From Gracilinanus agilis (lineage: Eukaryota): DNA of 64,000 bases. Below are positions 38,532-50,130 of the stretch, piece after piece (the first letter of the stretch is position 1; every line of letters begins with the position of its first letter). The notes beneath the pieces are model-generated. The model made no database searches, was not told the DNA's origin, and saw only the letters and a list, made by a program, of their open reading frames with translations. The DNA is taken from contig NC_058130.1 of assembly GCF_016433145.1 (NCBI RefSeq), positions 47,187,530 to 47,251,529 on the forward strand, given 5' to 3'. The translations under genes and the position numbers were made by a program.

Positions 38532-38712
38532 GGGGCAGCTGGGTAGCTCAGTGGAGTGAGAGTCGGGCCTAGAGACGGGAGGTCCTAGGTTCAAACCCGG
38601 CCTCAGCCACTTCCCAGCTGTGTGACCCTGGGCAAGTCACTTGACCCCCATTGCCCACCCTTACCAATCTTCCACCTATGAGACAATACGCCGAAGTACA
38701 GGGGTTTAAAAA
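38532..38712 (+). mobile_element. Very young full-length SINE1 (short-tail variant, CpGs retained)
   Basis: 15-bp TSD AAAAAGACACTGATG at 38517-38531 and 38713-38727; five CpGs intact; inserted into a MIR remnant. Confidence 0.96.
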
Positions 38713-41700
38713 AAAAAGACACTGATGTCCTTTCTAACTATAGGTCTATGATCCTATGAGCTTTGCATATAGTAGGTACTGTGTAAAATTTAGTTGATTG
38801 ATTTATTGAGTGGCCACATCAGCTTCTCACTATTTCCCCAATGTGGAAGGTTTTGAGAGTTTTAGGAAATAATAGTCTTTGTAGTAATGAGGATCACAAT
38901 TCTGGAATGCTTGTAATTATTTTAACTTTATAACCGATTTTCTACTACCCATGAATGAATTCTATTTTTTCAAAGATCTGTGGGATCCCAGAACTTCCTT
39001 TCTGTTCATCAACAACATCAGGGTTTGGGGATGCCAGCCATAAGAATGGGCCAGGAGAAAACCAGACCTAGGCTCCAAAGGGATAAAGGGTCCACAGATT
39101 TTAAAATGGAAGGATCTTCAAAGACTATCTATTCCAACTTTCCTCTCTATCAAACAGGAAAACTGAGGTTTTGATGAGCCGAGAAAACTTACACATCATC
39201 AATGAGCTACAATCATTATAATTAAGATTCAATCTCATATAAAGGATGATGGATGAAGAATTGTAAGAACCATCAGAGGTCATCTAGTCCAACCTTTCAT
39301 TTACAGATGAGGAAACTGAGGAGTGGAGAAAGAAGTGACTTGCCCAAGGTATGTCTGGGGGAGTGTTTGAATATATTATTTGATTGTGTATATGTCTTTC
39401 TTTGATGGTATCCAAAAGGTTTTTTTTAATTGATTTCAGGAATAGCCATTGGTGTTTCTCATCCTTAGCTTTTTACTACCTAAAACAATCTGGCCTCAGA
39501 GACTTCCTAGCTATGTGACCCTGGGGAAGTCACTCAGTCCCAATTACCTAACCTTTACTGCTCTTCTGCCTTGGAACAAATACTTAGTAACAATTTTAAG
39601 ACAGAAGGTAAGGGTTTTTTTAAAGAATTGATTGTATTTATTCTAACAGTAAACTTGATCTACAGCACACCCTGCCTAATACAAGACCTTGCATTGTAAA
39701 CACATCATAAATGTTCATTGAATTGAGCTGAATCCTTCTTTGAAACTGACTTTACTTTTCAGATTTCTTTCCTATCATTTGACTGAAAAAAAACAACCAT
39801 CATTTATCTGAAAACAAAAATAAGTCTAAAATAGATAGCTTGGGGAGGGGTCCAATATCACAAAAGGTTATCTGAATATAAAAGTGGTGACATTTCTTCC
39901 GATCCATATTCAACCATTTCAAAGGTTTGGAAATAGTTAAGAAATCTTGTTCTGCAGACTGAAGAATCCAAGTATAAACACACAAAATGGCAGTCTCACC
40001 AATGTAAATTCACAGTGTGCCAGCTAGGCATAAGTTGGTCCACTCCTGATTATGTTTGGTCAGATTTACTAAGGACACCTGAAAATGGCAGGACAGCCAA
40101 CAACAGCCAATTGGTGTACATTCAAGGTACTTTAACACATGGAAATAGAACTCACATGCTCTGAATCTGAGAAAAATTTTAAAGTTTTCCAAATGTACAG
40201 ATGCTGGGGACATATACACATGCCACAATATGAAAACAAAGGCAAAGAATCCAACTTAAATCATCTTACACTTGCAGAATTTCTGCCTCTTTTCTGAGTA
40301 TATACATATATTACTACATTTGTTGTTTTCAGCTCTACCCCTCCTATTGCTGGCTAAGACAGAGGCTTCACAGGAACACTGACAAAGCAGGAAAGGATTA
40401 GAGTGGTCATCTCTTCCTATCCCTTCTTTTGACAGGAAGAAAAAGATGACAGTAGAGGAGGTCATACACATAATTAAGAGCCAGATATGGGATTCAAACA
40501 CAGGACTTCTGAAATACTCAATGTAGCATCTTGTAAGTAATTCCTCCAAACTGGATTTTTGCTTCATAAAGTTCCACTGAAACTAAGGATATGCCTCCAG
40601 GATAAATGAAGGAAATTGATGTATTTTTAAATACACTGAATAAGACTAACAGCCTTCATAGCAATCAAAAATCCTGCCTCAGCCCCAAATAACTTCTCTG
40701 CCTCATGGAGAATAGCCAGTTGACATAGAATCCCTCCCAATGTCATCAAACTACAGAGTCAAGTGGGAAGGCTGGGTTTGATCCTCCAGGTAACCTGAAA
40801 AAAGAGCAAGCCTATGTAAAGACAACCCTTTAACCACAACCATCCTTTTCACCCCCATTTTATCCCCTACTCCTAAGAGCAAAAGGAAATACACAGAAAC
40901 CTTAAGTGACTTGCTAGCTAAAGAAAAAGGAGATTAAAGAATGAAACCAACATTGTGTTCCGATAACCAGGGCTCAATTTTCCAAGGTGACTGCAGCCAC
41001 CATTTGTAACAGCCAGCGGAGTTAAAAATAAAACCACTTACCCAACAGACAACTGGGGCACAATCTCGTGGTGCTGAGTCAGCCTCTTCTGACAGAAGCT
41101 TTCTCAGTGGTTCAGGACAACCATGCACAGAGACCCTCTAGACTAGGGCCAGACGCTAATTAAGTAGCATCTAAAGGAAAGAAGGGAGGGAAAATGTTCA
41201 TGAAAGCCAAAGCTATGAACCCTAGCAATAATACTATGCTTATTCCAGAGTTTTCTGCTACCCTATTATAATAAAAAGACTATGTATGAAGGGCTAATAA
41301 TTAAGAGAATTATAAATTTAAGTGGGCCATAAGATTTTCTTCATTTGATTTTCTAAAATCTATAAGCATAAAACACTTAAATAATAAAAATAGTACCTAC
41401 CCTGCCAAAGAGAAACTATTCATTTTCCTAAAAGTTCTCCGGCTTGGGAAATCTAGCTCTACTGTCCTTTGGATTATTTTTAGAATGGATTTTCTTCTGA
41501 GAGAAGGAACATTCAACTTTAACTTTCTATCAGGCTTCATTAATTAAGCGATTAGGGATATACTCTTACATATTTCATCATTAGGTAGTAGCCTAATTTT
41601 AGATGGTTATAATATGCTGGGGGAAGAAATCAGTGAATCTCTAGGATTGTAAAAAAGATGTCCACTGGCTTATAATGAATATTCCTCATCAGAGTAGGGG

Positions 41701-43389
41701 TTCTTAAAAAAAGATACCCAAGTTCTGTCTTATCACTTTCTAGATCTCAGGTTATCAAGGCAGGATAAAAAAGAATTTTTTTCATCTTCTATGTCTTTAA
41801 GAAACAAAATGAATCATAGAATAAAAGAATTTTTGAATGGCCTAAGACCAAAAAGATGAAGTCAGTCAATTAATAAGCATTAATTAAACATTTATTTTGT
41901 GCTAGGCACTGGGCTATTTTCTAGAGATATAAAAGTGACAGTCTCTGCCTTCAAAGCTATTTTTGAGAGATACAAATATGAAAAAAGACAATCTGTGCCT
42001 TCCTCAATGTCCTAGTTGGGGAAAGCAATCAACAAATATTTATTAAGCACATACTATATTTTAACAATGATGTTTTGTTGGGAAGGGATACAAAAACAAA
42101 AGTAGCAAAGCCTCTGCCCTCAACAAGTTTAAATTCTACCAGAGTGATGAATCACAGATAAGAAGTAGTGGCTAAAGACAGGAATGAGGAATGAAGATGC
42201 TAGTAAGCCAAGAAACTTAACTCTAACTGTGACAACATAAAAGTAGCTGGAATAGAAGATACAACAGATTTCTAGATCATTTAAGTCTAAACACATGCAT
42301 TATAAGGGCTGGGGTCAAATCAGTCAAATTGACATACATATATGAGGTCTACAGGTTTAAGCCAATAGCTGAGTTTTTTTTTTCATCTAAATGTGAACGT
42401 GAGGGTAGGGGTTAGTGAAGGTAGATGGTCTAAAGGACTGTTTTGCATATATATTTTATTCTTTTTTTTTGGCGTTACCATTTATTTTTATTATATATGT
42501 ACACATATGTATAAAACACATAACATAAAGGACAATTTTGAAGGGAAAGAGAAAGTAGAAAGCTAGTACTAGATGTCTAATATTCCAAAGATTTGGAGAG
42601 TAGAGACACAGAAAAGAAATTGCACTTAATTCACAATCTTAGTACATGTAGGCTGGCTGTTTTCCTACCTACAAGTAGCTGTCGTCTGGCATTGTAGTTT
42701 ATTTTCAATCTCTGACCCTATCTTGCTGTGTTCACTCAATTGTTCCAGAAGGCTGATGCTTTAAGCACAGGATTGAGGTCAGGGATGACAGAGGGAGAGG
42801 GGGAGTGAAAATACTGAAATAAAGAATGGTACCAAAAGAAACTATCAGAAATTCAAACATACCAACATGACCAAAACTATCCTTATTTTTTCCTTTTCAA
42901 AAAAATTCTACCCCAGACTTAAGGATATACAACTAAGTCAAGCAAGCCATTTCATGAATCGTACAAAACACAGCATTTTGAAACTGGAACAAATGTCAGA
43001 AAACTTTCTAGTCTCAATTCTTATCTAAACAAAAATTATATCTATTATTAGTTCAGCCTTTGTTTAGAGACCTCTAATAAAACCCATCACCCATTCCAGC
43101 TTTGAATAGATGAAATCTGTTTCTCCATCTTCTATCCATGGCCTTCTAGACTAAGCAGCATAAGTACTTGCCACACATGAGCCTTCATTTCCCATCTCTG
43201 AGCCTTTGCACTAACTGCTCTCACAACCTAGAATGCACTCCCACCTCAACTCTGGCTTCTAGAATTTTTATTTCCTTCAAAACCTGACTCAATTTCCTCC
43301 TAATACAGCAAATATGCCCTGATCCTGACATCCCTAGCTATTGTATCCTTTTCACACAAAAAGTGTCCCATATATTTATTTTATATGAA

Positions 43390-43600
43390 AGCCAGTGTGG
43401 CATAATGAACACAGAATTCGCCTTGAAGCCAGGAAGATCTGAGGTCAAGTCCCTTCTGACATATACTGGCTTTGTGACCCTAGGCATATTATGTAATCTA
43501 TGAATGCTCTAAGCAACTCGTTAAAATTATAAATTGCAGAGAGTTTCCTCACCTGGACATGATCTATATCAATGAAATCACAAGTCCCATTCCTAACCTT
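43390..43600 (+). mobile_element. CORE-SINE with marsupial-type tail (Mar3-like)
   Basis: gccagtgtggcataatg head; tail aattgcagagagtttcctcacctgg...caatgaaatcacaagtcc, shared with about 14.3, 30.1-30.3, 51.0-51.2 and 59.2-59.4 kb. Confidence 0.65.
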
Positions 43601-44668
43601 TATTTTGTATATCTAACAGGAACCTAAATATGGACCCCCATGACATTACATTCAAGTTATCTGATAAATGTGTCAGGAGGGAGGGTCTCACTCAAGGCAA
43701 TGGGTCTTGCAGATGTGCCAAACTGGGGTGGGGATGGGGACAGAGTGGGTGACTCTCTCAAAAAATATATAGTTCCCTCTTCCTAGGAGCCAAGCAAGAC
43801 AGAGGAGAGGGAAGAGTGGGGGCCTGAGGATTTCCTCATGTCTAGCTGTGCATATGGCGGCATGTGAGAATGTTTTGTTGTCTGGTGCCCATTAGAGGCT
43901 CTTCTGACAGAACTCAACCCCATTGAGGACAGGGGTTCCCCAGTACCTAGTACAGTGTCTGACTCCTATCGGACACTCATCAATCACTTCCTGATTAACT
44001 GATGGATTAGTCCTCTCAGCCAAGCAACTAAAGTCAATCATTAACCTTTGAAGGTTGAGTTTCTACCATGTCACCTCAATTTAACAAACACTGCAGCCTG
44101 CTTAGTGCTAAGCACTGTGGTCTACATGCATGAATAAGAAGTATTCTGCCCTCTGGGAACTCGCGGTCTAGTAGAGAAGTTTATAAACTGAAATAATATT
44201 TGGAACACCCCTCAAAAGAAGTCATGGGTCATTCTGCATCATTCTCACTCAGTCCTCTTTAAACTCTACAAGTCATGGTAACAAGGAAATGGTAGCTAAT
44301 AGGTTTGCAAAGGGCTTTACATATATTGTCTCATTTGACAAGTGAATATGACAATAACGATGGTGGTGGTGATAGTGCCAAAGATGGCAGTGGTGATAAC
44401 TAAGTAATGAAGTCAAAAACCCAAAAGGTGGCTTACCATCTGCTAAAAGCCTTGGACACTTCAGATACTGTTTTCTTTATTTATAAGAAGGGATAGTCAA
44501 AGATTATGTGCTCCCCTCCATAAAAGCTCTTTTCCTCACCTGAAGTTTACTTGATTCCAAGAGAATATTTGTTTATACTGCTGGCCAAAAGCACCATTTT
44601 TGTTTTTCTGTTAAATAGCCCCAAACATCATGTATATTTTTCATGTCATTGCTGTTACTGTTTTCTTA

Positions 44669-44966
44669 GCCAAATGTGGTGTTGCACACCTATAGACTCA
44701 TACTGGTAAAGCTGAGGCTGGTATATTACTCATGGCTAAGAGTTTTGAGCTATAGTAGGACTAAAGCTGATTGGGGGTCTACTACACTAAGTGTGGCACT
44801 AATATAGTGAGCTCCCAGAAGCAGAGGGTCAGCCAGGTGAGAAACAAAATAGATTAGTACTCTCTTGCTGATTAGCACTGGTCCAGAGATCAGACTTATT
44901 AGTAACTGCTATACTTCCAACCCGAGTGAGATAAGGAGATACAGTCAAAAAAACAAAAACAAACAA
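44669..44966 (+). pseudogene. 7SL (SRP) RNA-derived retrocopy with A-rich tail, decayed
   Basis: Colinear by eye with 7SL: gcc..gtggtg..cacctatag; gctgaggc; gagttttgagctatagt; cactaagt..ggcactaatatagtgagctccc; ccaggt; gaaac; gctgattag; gagatacagtc, then (A/C)-rich tail. Confidence 0.85.
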
Positions 44967-45129
44967 CTCAAGTCTCTGGAAAACATAAAATCAAATCCAA
45001 ATTGCCATGGGAAAGTACAAAGGTTACAATGTTTGGAGGGTTTATTTCTTACAGAGAATCACTTCTCATAGCAGACACAAATTTCAGGAAGCTCAGTATC
45101 TCCTAAGACTTCACTCTATTTTTGTGGAA

Positions 45130-46560
45130 GAGATGGAGGGATGTGAGCTAGACAATACTACAGTTAGATGGAATGAGAACTGATTGAATGATTAGACAGA
45201 TGCACAGATAATCACGAGTGGTCTGATGTGGGCTCAGAATAAAGTCTCTAGCAGAGTACCCCTGGGATCCTGGTCTTGTGCTTTTTGGAATATTTCAATT
45301 CATGATTTAATGAAGGCATAAAGAGAATATTCATTACATTCACAAATAAACACAAAGCTGAGTAAAGATAATTATCACACTAGATGACAGAGTCCAGATC
45401 CAAAAAGTTTTACAGTTTTAACCAGTGCACTGAGACTAGTAATGTGAAATTTAATGAGTATAAATGTAAAGCCCTACACCTGAGTTCAAATATCAATTTA
45501 GCAAGTAAGTACAAAAAGGAGGAGGTATGGCTAAACAATCATTTTGTGGAAATATCTGGAGGTTTTAGAATATTAGAAACATCACTATTTGGAGCACAAA
45601 GATCAGAGTTCAATTCTTTTTCTTTTTTTTAATTTCAAACCCTTAACTTCTGTGTATTGGCTCCTAGGCAGAAGAGTGGTAAGGGTAGGCAATGGGGGTC
45701 AACTGACTTGCCCAGGGTCACAAAGTTCAATTCTGTGACCTGTGTGAGGATAGGCAAGCTGACAATGAGCCTCAGGCTCTACATAATAATAATAATAATG
45801 ATTGTTATTAAAAATATCTAGCACTTATATAGAGCTAAATTAACAAAACACTTTAAAATATTATCCATAAAATATGCATCTATAAAATGATATTGGTGGA
45901 ATATATTATCCCTAAGGACTCTTGCAGATTGCAATCCTATGATCCTAATGGACTATAAGTTCTAAAGGAACCAACAATGTGGCATGGCAGCCAAAAGAAA
46001 CTAGCACAATCTTAGTTTGCATTAATAGAGATATGATATCCAGAATGACGAAGGTGATAATTCAGATGTACTTTCCAAGTCTTTCCAGAGTATGATTCTA
46101 ATGCTGGAGTATAGCATTCAATATGGGGTGGCACAGTTCCAAAATTCAATTGCACAAACATTTATCAAGCATTATTATGTGCAATACTTGAATAAAGATA
46201 CTGATAGGCTGGTATATATCCAAAGAGGTGTGACCAGGATGAGAGAGGACTGGAGACTATATATATATATATATATGGATCACTTTAAAAATGTGAAGAT
46301 ATTTTCCCTGAAGAAGAATAAATTTACAGCAGATAGGACTTTTTTCTTCAAGCATTTGAAAGGCTTTAATAAAGAAAGGCTCAATTTGTTCTGTTTGGCC
46401 CCAGAGAGCAGAACTAGTAGCAGAGATTGAGAGTCCCCGTAAGAAATAATTTCCCAACAATTAGAGATGTCGCAAAGTGACATGGGCTGAATTGAGCGGC
46501 AATGCATTCTCCCACATTGGAGGTTTTCAGGCAGGGACTGGGTGGCCACTTGCCATTGAG
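45130..46560 (+). mobile_element. L3/CR1 RT domain to 3' end, interrupted by SINE1, MIR, L2 and (TA)n insertions
   Basis: gtctctagcagagtacccctggga (CR1 VSSGVPQG region); FNEYKCKALHL (CR1 FNxDKCKVLHL); L3 3' end ...ggaggttttcaggcagggactgggtggccac. Confidence 0.82.
45618..45723 (-). mobile_element. 5'-truncated SINE1 (short-tail variant)
   Basis: Reverse complement begins tgtgaccctgggcaagt; TSD AGTTCAATTCT at 45607-45617 and 45724-45734. Confidence 0.9.
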
Positions 46561-46704
46561 AAGTCCACCATAACCAGCTAAGACAGCAGCTTACTGCCAG
46601 TCAATTCACATTTTTTTCAGGACCTTGGTCTTTACCATTCTTAACTATGACTACTATCTAACTATTTATACTAATATATATGGAGAGAGACTGACACAAA
46701 CAGA

Positions 46705-46708
<4 letters not shown>

Positions 46709-46789
<81 letters not shown>

Positions 46790-47189
46790 NNNNNNNNNNN
46801 NNNNNNNNNNNNNNNNNNNNNNNNNNNNNNNNNNNNNNNNNNNNNNNNNNNNNNNNNNNNNNNNNNNNNNNNNNNNNNNNNNNNNNNNNNNNNNNNNNNN
46901 NNNNNNNNNNNNNNNNNNNNNNNNNNNNNNNNNNNNNNNNNNNNNNNNNNNNNNNNNNNNNNNNNNNNNNNNNNNNNNNNNNNNNNNNNNNNNNNNNNNN
47001 NNNNNNNNNNNNNNNNNNNNNNNNNNNNNNNNNNNNNNNNNNNNNNNNNNNNNNNNNNNNNNNNNNNNNNNNNNNNNNNNNNNNNNNNNNNNNNNNNNNN
47101 NNNNNNNNNNNNNNNNNNNNNNNNNNNNNNNNNNNNNNNNNNNNNNNNNNNNNNNNNNNNNNNNNNNNNNNNNNNNNNNNNNNNNNNNN

Positions 47190-47228
<39 letters not shown>
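46709..47228. repeat. (GA)n microsatellite spanning a 400-N gap (46790-47189)
   Basis: GA repeats on both sides of the N run. Confidence 0.95.
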
Positions 47229-47231
<3 letters not shown>

Positions 47232-47259
47232 TCAATAACCCAGTAAGCAAAGTAGCTAT

Positions 47260-47498
47260 TACTGTTCAGTTGTTTTCAGCTATATTCAACTGTGGCCTCA
47301 TTTGAGGTTTTCTTGAAAGATACTAGAATGGTTTACCATTTCCTTCTCCAGCACATTTTAGAAATGAAGATATTGAGGCAAATAGAGTTAAATGACTTGC
47401 TCAGGGTCACACAACTAGTGAGTGCCTGAAAACAGATTAGAACTTAGGTCTTCTTGACTCCAAGCCCAGAGCTTTAACCATTGCACTACTGAGCTGCC
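47260..47498 (-). mobile_element. MAR1-type SINE
   Basis: gttcagttgttttcag tail, ccatttccttctccagc, CORE domain, gagctgcc head. Confidence 0.85.
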
Positions 47499-49207
47499 AC
47501 ATATCTGCAATCATACTTAATTCCATAGAAGTTTTCAAATACTGTATTATATATTTATAGAGATAGAGATATTTATAAAGAAATATCCATAAAGGAGAAC
47601 TCAATTCTTAATAAAATAAAGCTCATCACAGAATATATGCCAATGAATTCTGCCTCTGATATGAACAAAGGGCCCGAATTTAGGGAATTCCTTAAAGTAT
47701 AATTTAAAATGCCAAATGGGTTTGGAACGAGAAATTAGGTTGTTACCAACAAAAATGTGATAGAATTGAAAAACTTAATTGACATATGGGATAGAGAAGG
47801 TTCATTTGTGTGTTTACCAATCATTGCTAGTGATGGGGTGTTGCCAAAATCTTAGTTTAATTTTAAGGTATTTAAATACTCCATAACTGTAGCTAAGGAC
47901 TTCTGTAGAGTATTTAGTCCTTCAACATCATTTAATAATAGGTAAAAAATTTGGAAACAAGAAATTTATATGATTAGACAGGAACTGTCCAGTTGCAAAT
48001 GGCAATTCAAAGTGAAGAAAATATAATTATTAAAATTTTAAAATTTTATTTAAACTTAAATAGACATCATTGTCCAAAATATGACCACTAATAGAAGAAA
48101 TGAGGGAGAATTTGGAAAGGCTGTATGAAAACATGTTTCTGGGTCATGTCAATGCCTACAGAAGAAATCATGGCAGAGTGCACAGAGAGTTATACCTGGA
48201 ATAATAAAGACCTGGGTTCAAATTATGCCTAGAGTACTCAGAAGCTGTGTAACTCTGGGAAAGGTAATTTAAAATTCTGAAACTCAGTTTCCCATCAGCA
48301 TAATGGAAATAATGATACCTGTCATATTTACCTTACAGAGTTATTTGTGGAATTCACATGGAATAATGCATATGGAGTGATATGCAGATTTTAAACTGAT
48401 ATGTATGCCAATTATTATTATCTATTTGTCAAACATGTTGCCTTTTTTTTACTGGATTTAATTGATATAGTAAGAACCTCCACCACCATCAATATACCCT
48501 GGTCTGCAACTTCTCAGAGAAGCTTTCTGGGGCACTGAAGGGTTAAATGACTTCTTCAAGGTCACACAGTTATTATGTATTTTAATCAACACTGTTATGT
48601 CTGTATAATATATAAAAACAGACAATTCTGATAGAACCTTATGTATGATTCCTAAAAATTACAGCACTTAGTAAAAATCTTTCCATAAAAATCATAGGGC
48701 TTATGGGGATAAGAGGGCTAACAAGATAACACTCAAAAACTTTGTCAGCAACTTTTTTTTAAGTTAGGAACATAATAAAAATGATAGCAGTTTTACACAT
48801 ATTATGGTCAGGATTTAAATCCAGGTTTTCATAACTCCAGTTCTAGAGTGTACTAGGCTATCTCTGAGGTCTCTTATAGTTTTAGCATTCTAGAATTCTT
48901 TCAGTCTTCTTAGCTAGAAAGAAATTCTGCCTATATGTGTTGTATTCCGTCCTACCTTAGAGCCTCTGGTAAGTTACATTCCATTGTCAAAACACAGATT
49001 GTGCTTAGGGATATCCTTTAAAAGGAACCATTTGGATTCTGCTTCTCTTAGAGCACATATTCAGCTAAGCTAATTCCTAAACATCCCCAGTTGATCCAGG
49101 AATAGCCAACAAAAAGTATTCCTAAGAGAAAAAGGCAATGAAATTTTCATGACAATTAAGTTACTGTTTTTTCCAACCACATGGTTGCTGAGAAGAACAG
49201 CATTTCA

Positions 49208-49221
49208 CTGCCATCTCTTGG
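49208..49221 (-). promoter_or_regulatory. Candidate CTCF motif in non-repeat DNA
   Basis: Minus strand reads CCAAGAGATGGCAG(TG) versus the CCASYAGRKGGCRS consensus, with mismatches only at core positions 4-5. Confidence 0.45.
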
Positions 49222-49456
49222 CAGATCCTCAGATAACGGCAGCCGTTTCTGAGACACTAAAATTTTGGTTTCAAACTTAAATAAAATACCATGCCACTCT
49301 TCCTAAATAATGAGCAAGAAAGAATGTAGGAAGTAGGCCACCGTAAATATCATTTCTAATTTTTCTTACTAAATGCCATGTAAGAATGTCAATAGATTTC
49401 CTTAAAGCAAAATAATAAGTAAATATCATCTTAGGAGTGGGAATAATAGTCTAGCC

Positions 49457-49650
49457 CAGTGGTTCCCAAACTTTTTTGACCTACCGCCCCCTTTCCAGAA
49501 AAAAAATATTACTTAGCGCCCCCTGGAAATTATGAAACTATTTATTGAACTCAGAATAGAATGTAATACAAAAAAAGTGTGGCCATCACCACTTCCCGGA
49601 TCACTGGAGCACCCACCAGGGGGCGGTGGCACCCACTTTGGGACTCACTG
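49457..49650 (-). mobile_element. Non-autonomous hAT MITE, copy 2, 194 bp (opposite orientation to copy 1)
   Basis: TIRs CAGTGGTTCCCAAA...TTTGGGACTCACTG; perfect 8-bp TSD GTCTAGCC at 49449-49456 and 49651-49658, resembling the NTCTAGAN Charlie target. Confidence 0.95.
49613..49626 (+). promoter_or_regulatory. Near-consensus CTCF motif inside the MITE
   Basis: CCACCAGGGGGCGG versus canonical CCACCAGGGGGCGC. Confidence 0.55.
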
Positions 49651-49970
49651 GTCTAGCCAATACTCCCACTCTCCAGCAGTCAGACGATGGAACAAAAAAC
49701 AAAAACCCTAAATCCCAGGTCTATTTCTAGCAAATCATGCCAGGTCAGAGAAATGAGATTAGAGAAGGCTACAGAGAAAGGGTTCTACCATCCCTATCTT
49801 ATTTTACAGAGGAAAAAAATGTTAGGCTTAAAGATTACATCTAATATAATATGTCTTTTAATCAACAGAGTTATAGGACTTATACAGTTGATTTTGCTAT
49901 AATCTGAAATACTCTTCCAAAAATCACAGCACTATGCAAAACCATTCAATAAAAAACATAGGGCTTTCAA

Positions 49971-50130
49971 CTATCAATAATATGGAATTAGGTCTTGATC
50001 AATGATACATGTAAAACCCAATGGAATTGTGTGTCGGCTAAGGGGGGTTAGGGAAGTTTGGGGGAGAGGGAAAGAACATGAAATATGTAACTAGGGGAAA
50101 ATATTCAAATAAAAACTTTAAAAAAAAACA
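49971..50130 (+). mobile_element. Short L1 3' end
   Basis: Homologous to 24965-25120; degenerate TSD AAAAAACATAG at about 49951 and 50123. Confidence 0.85.
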
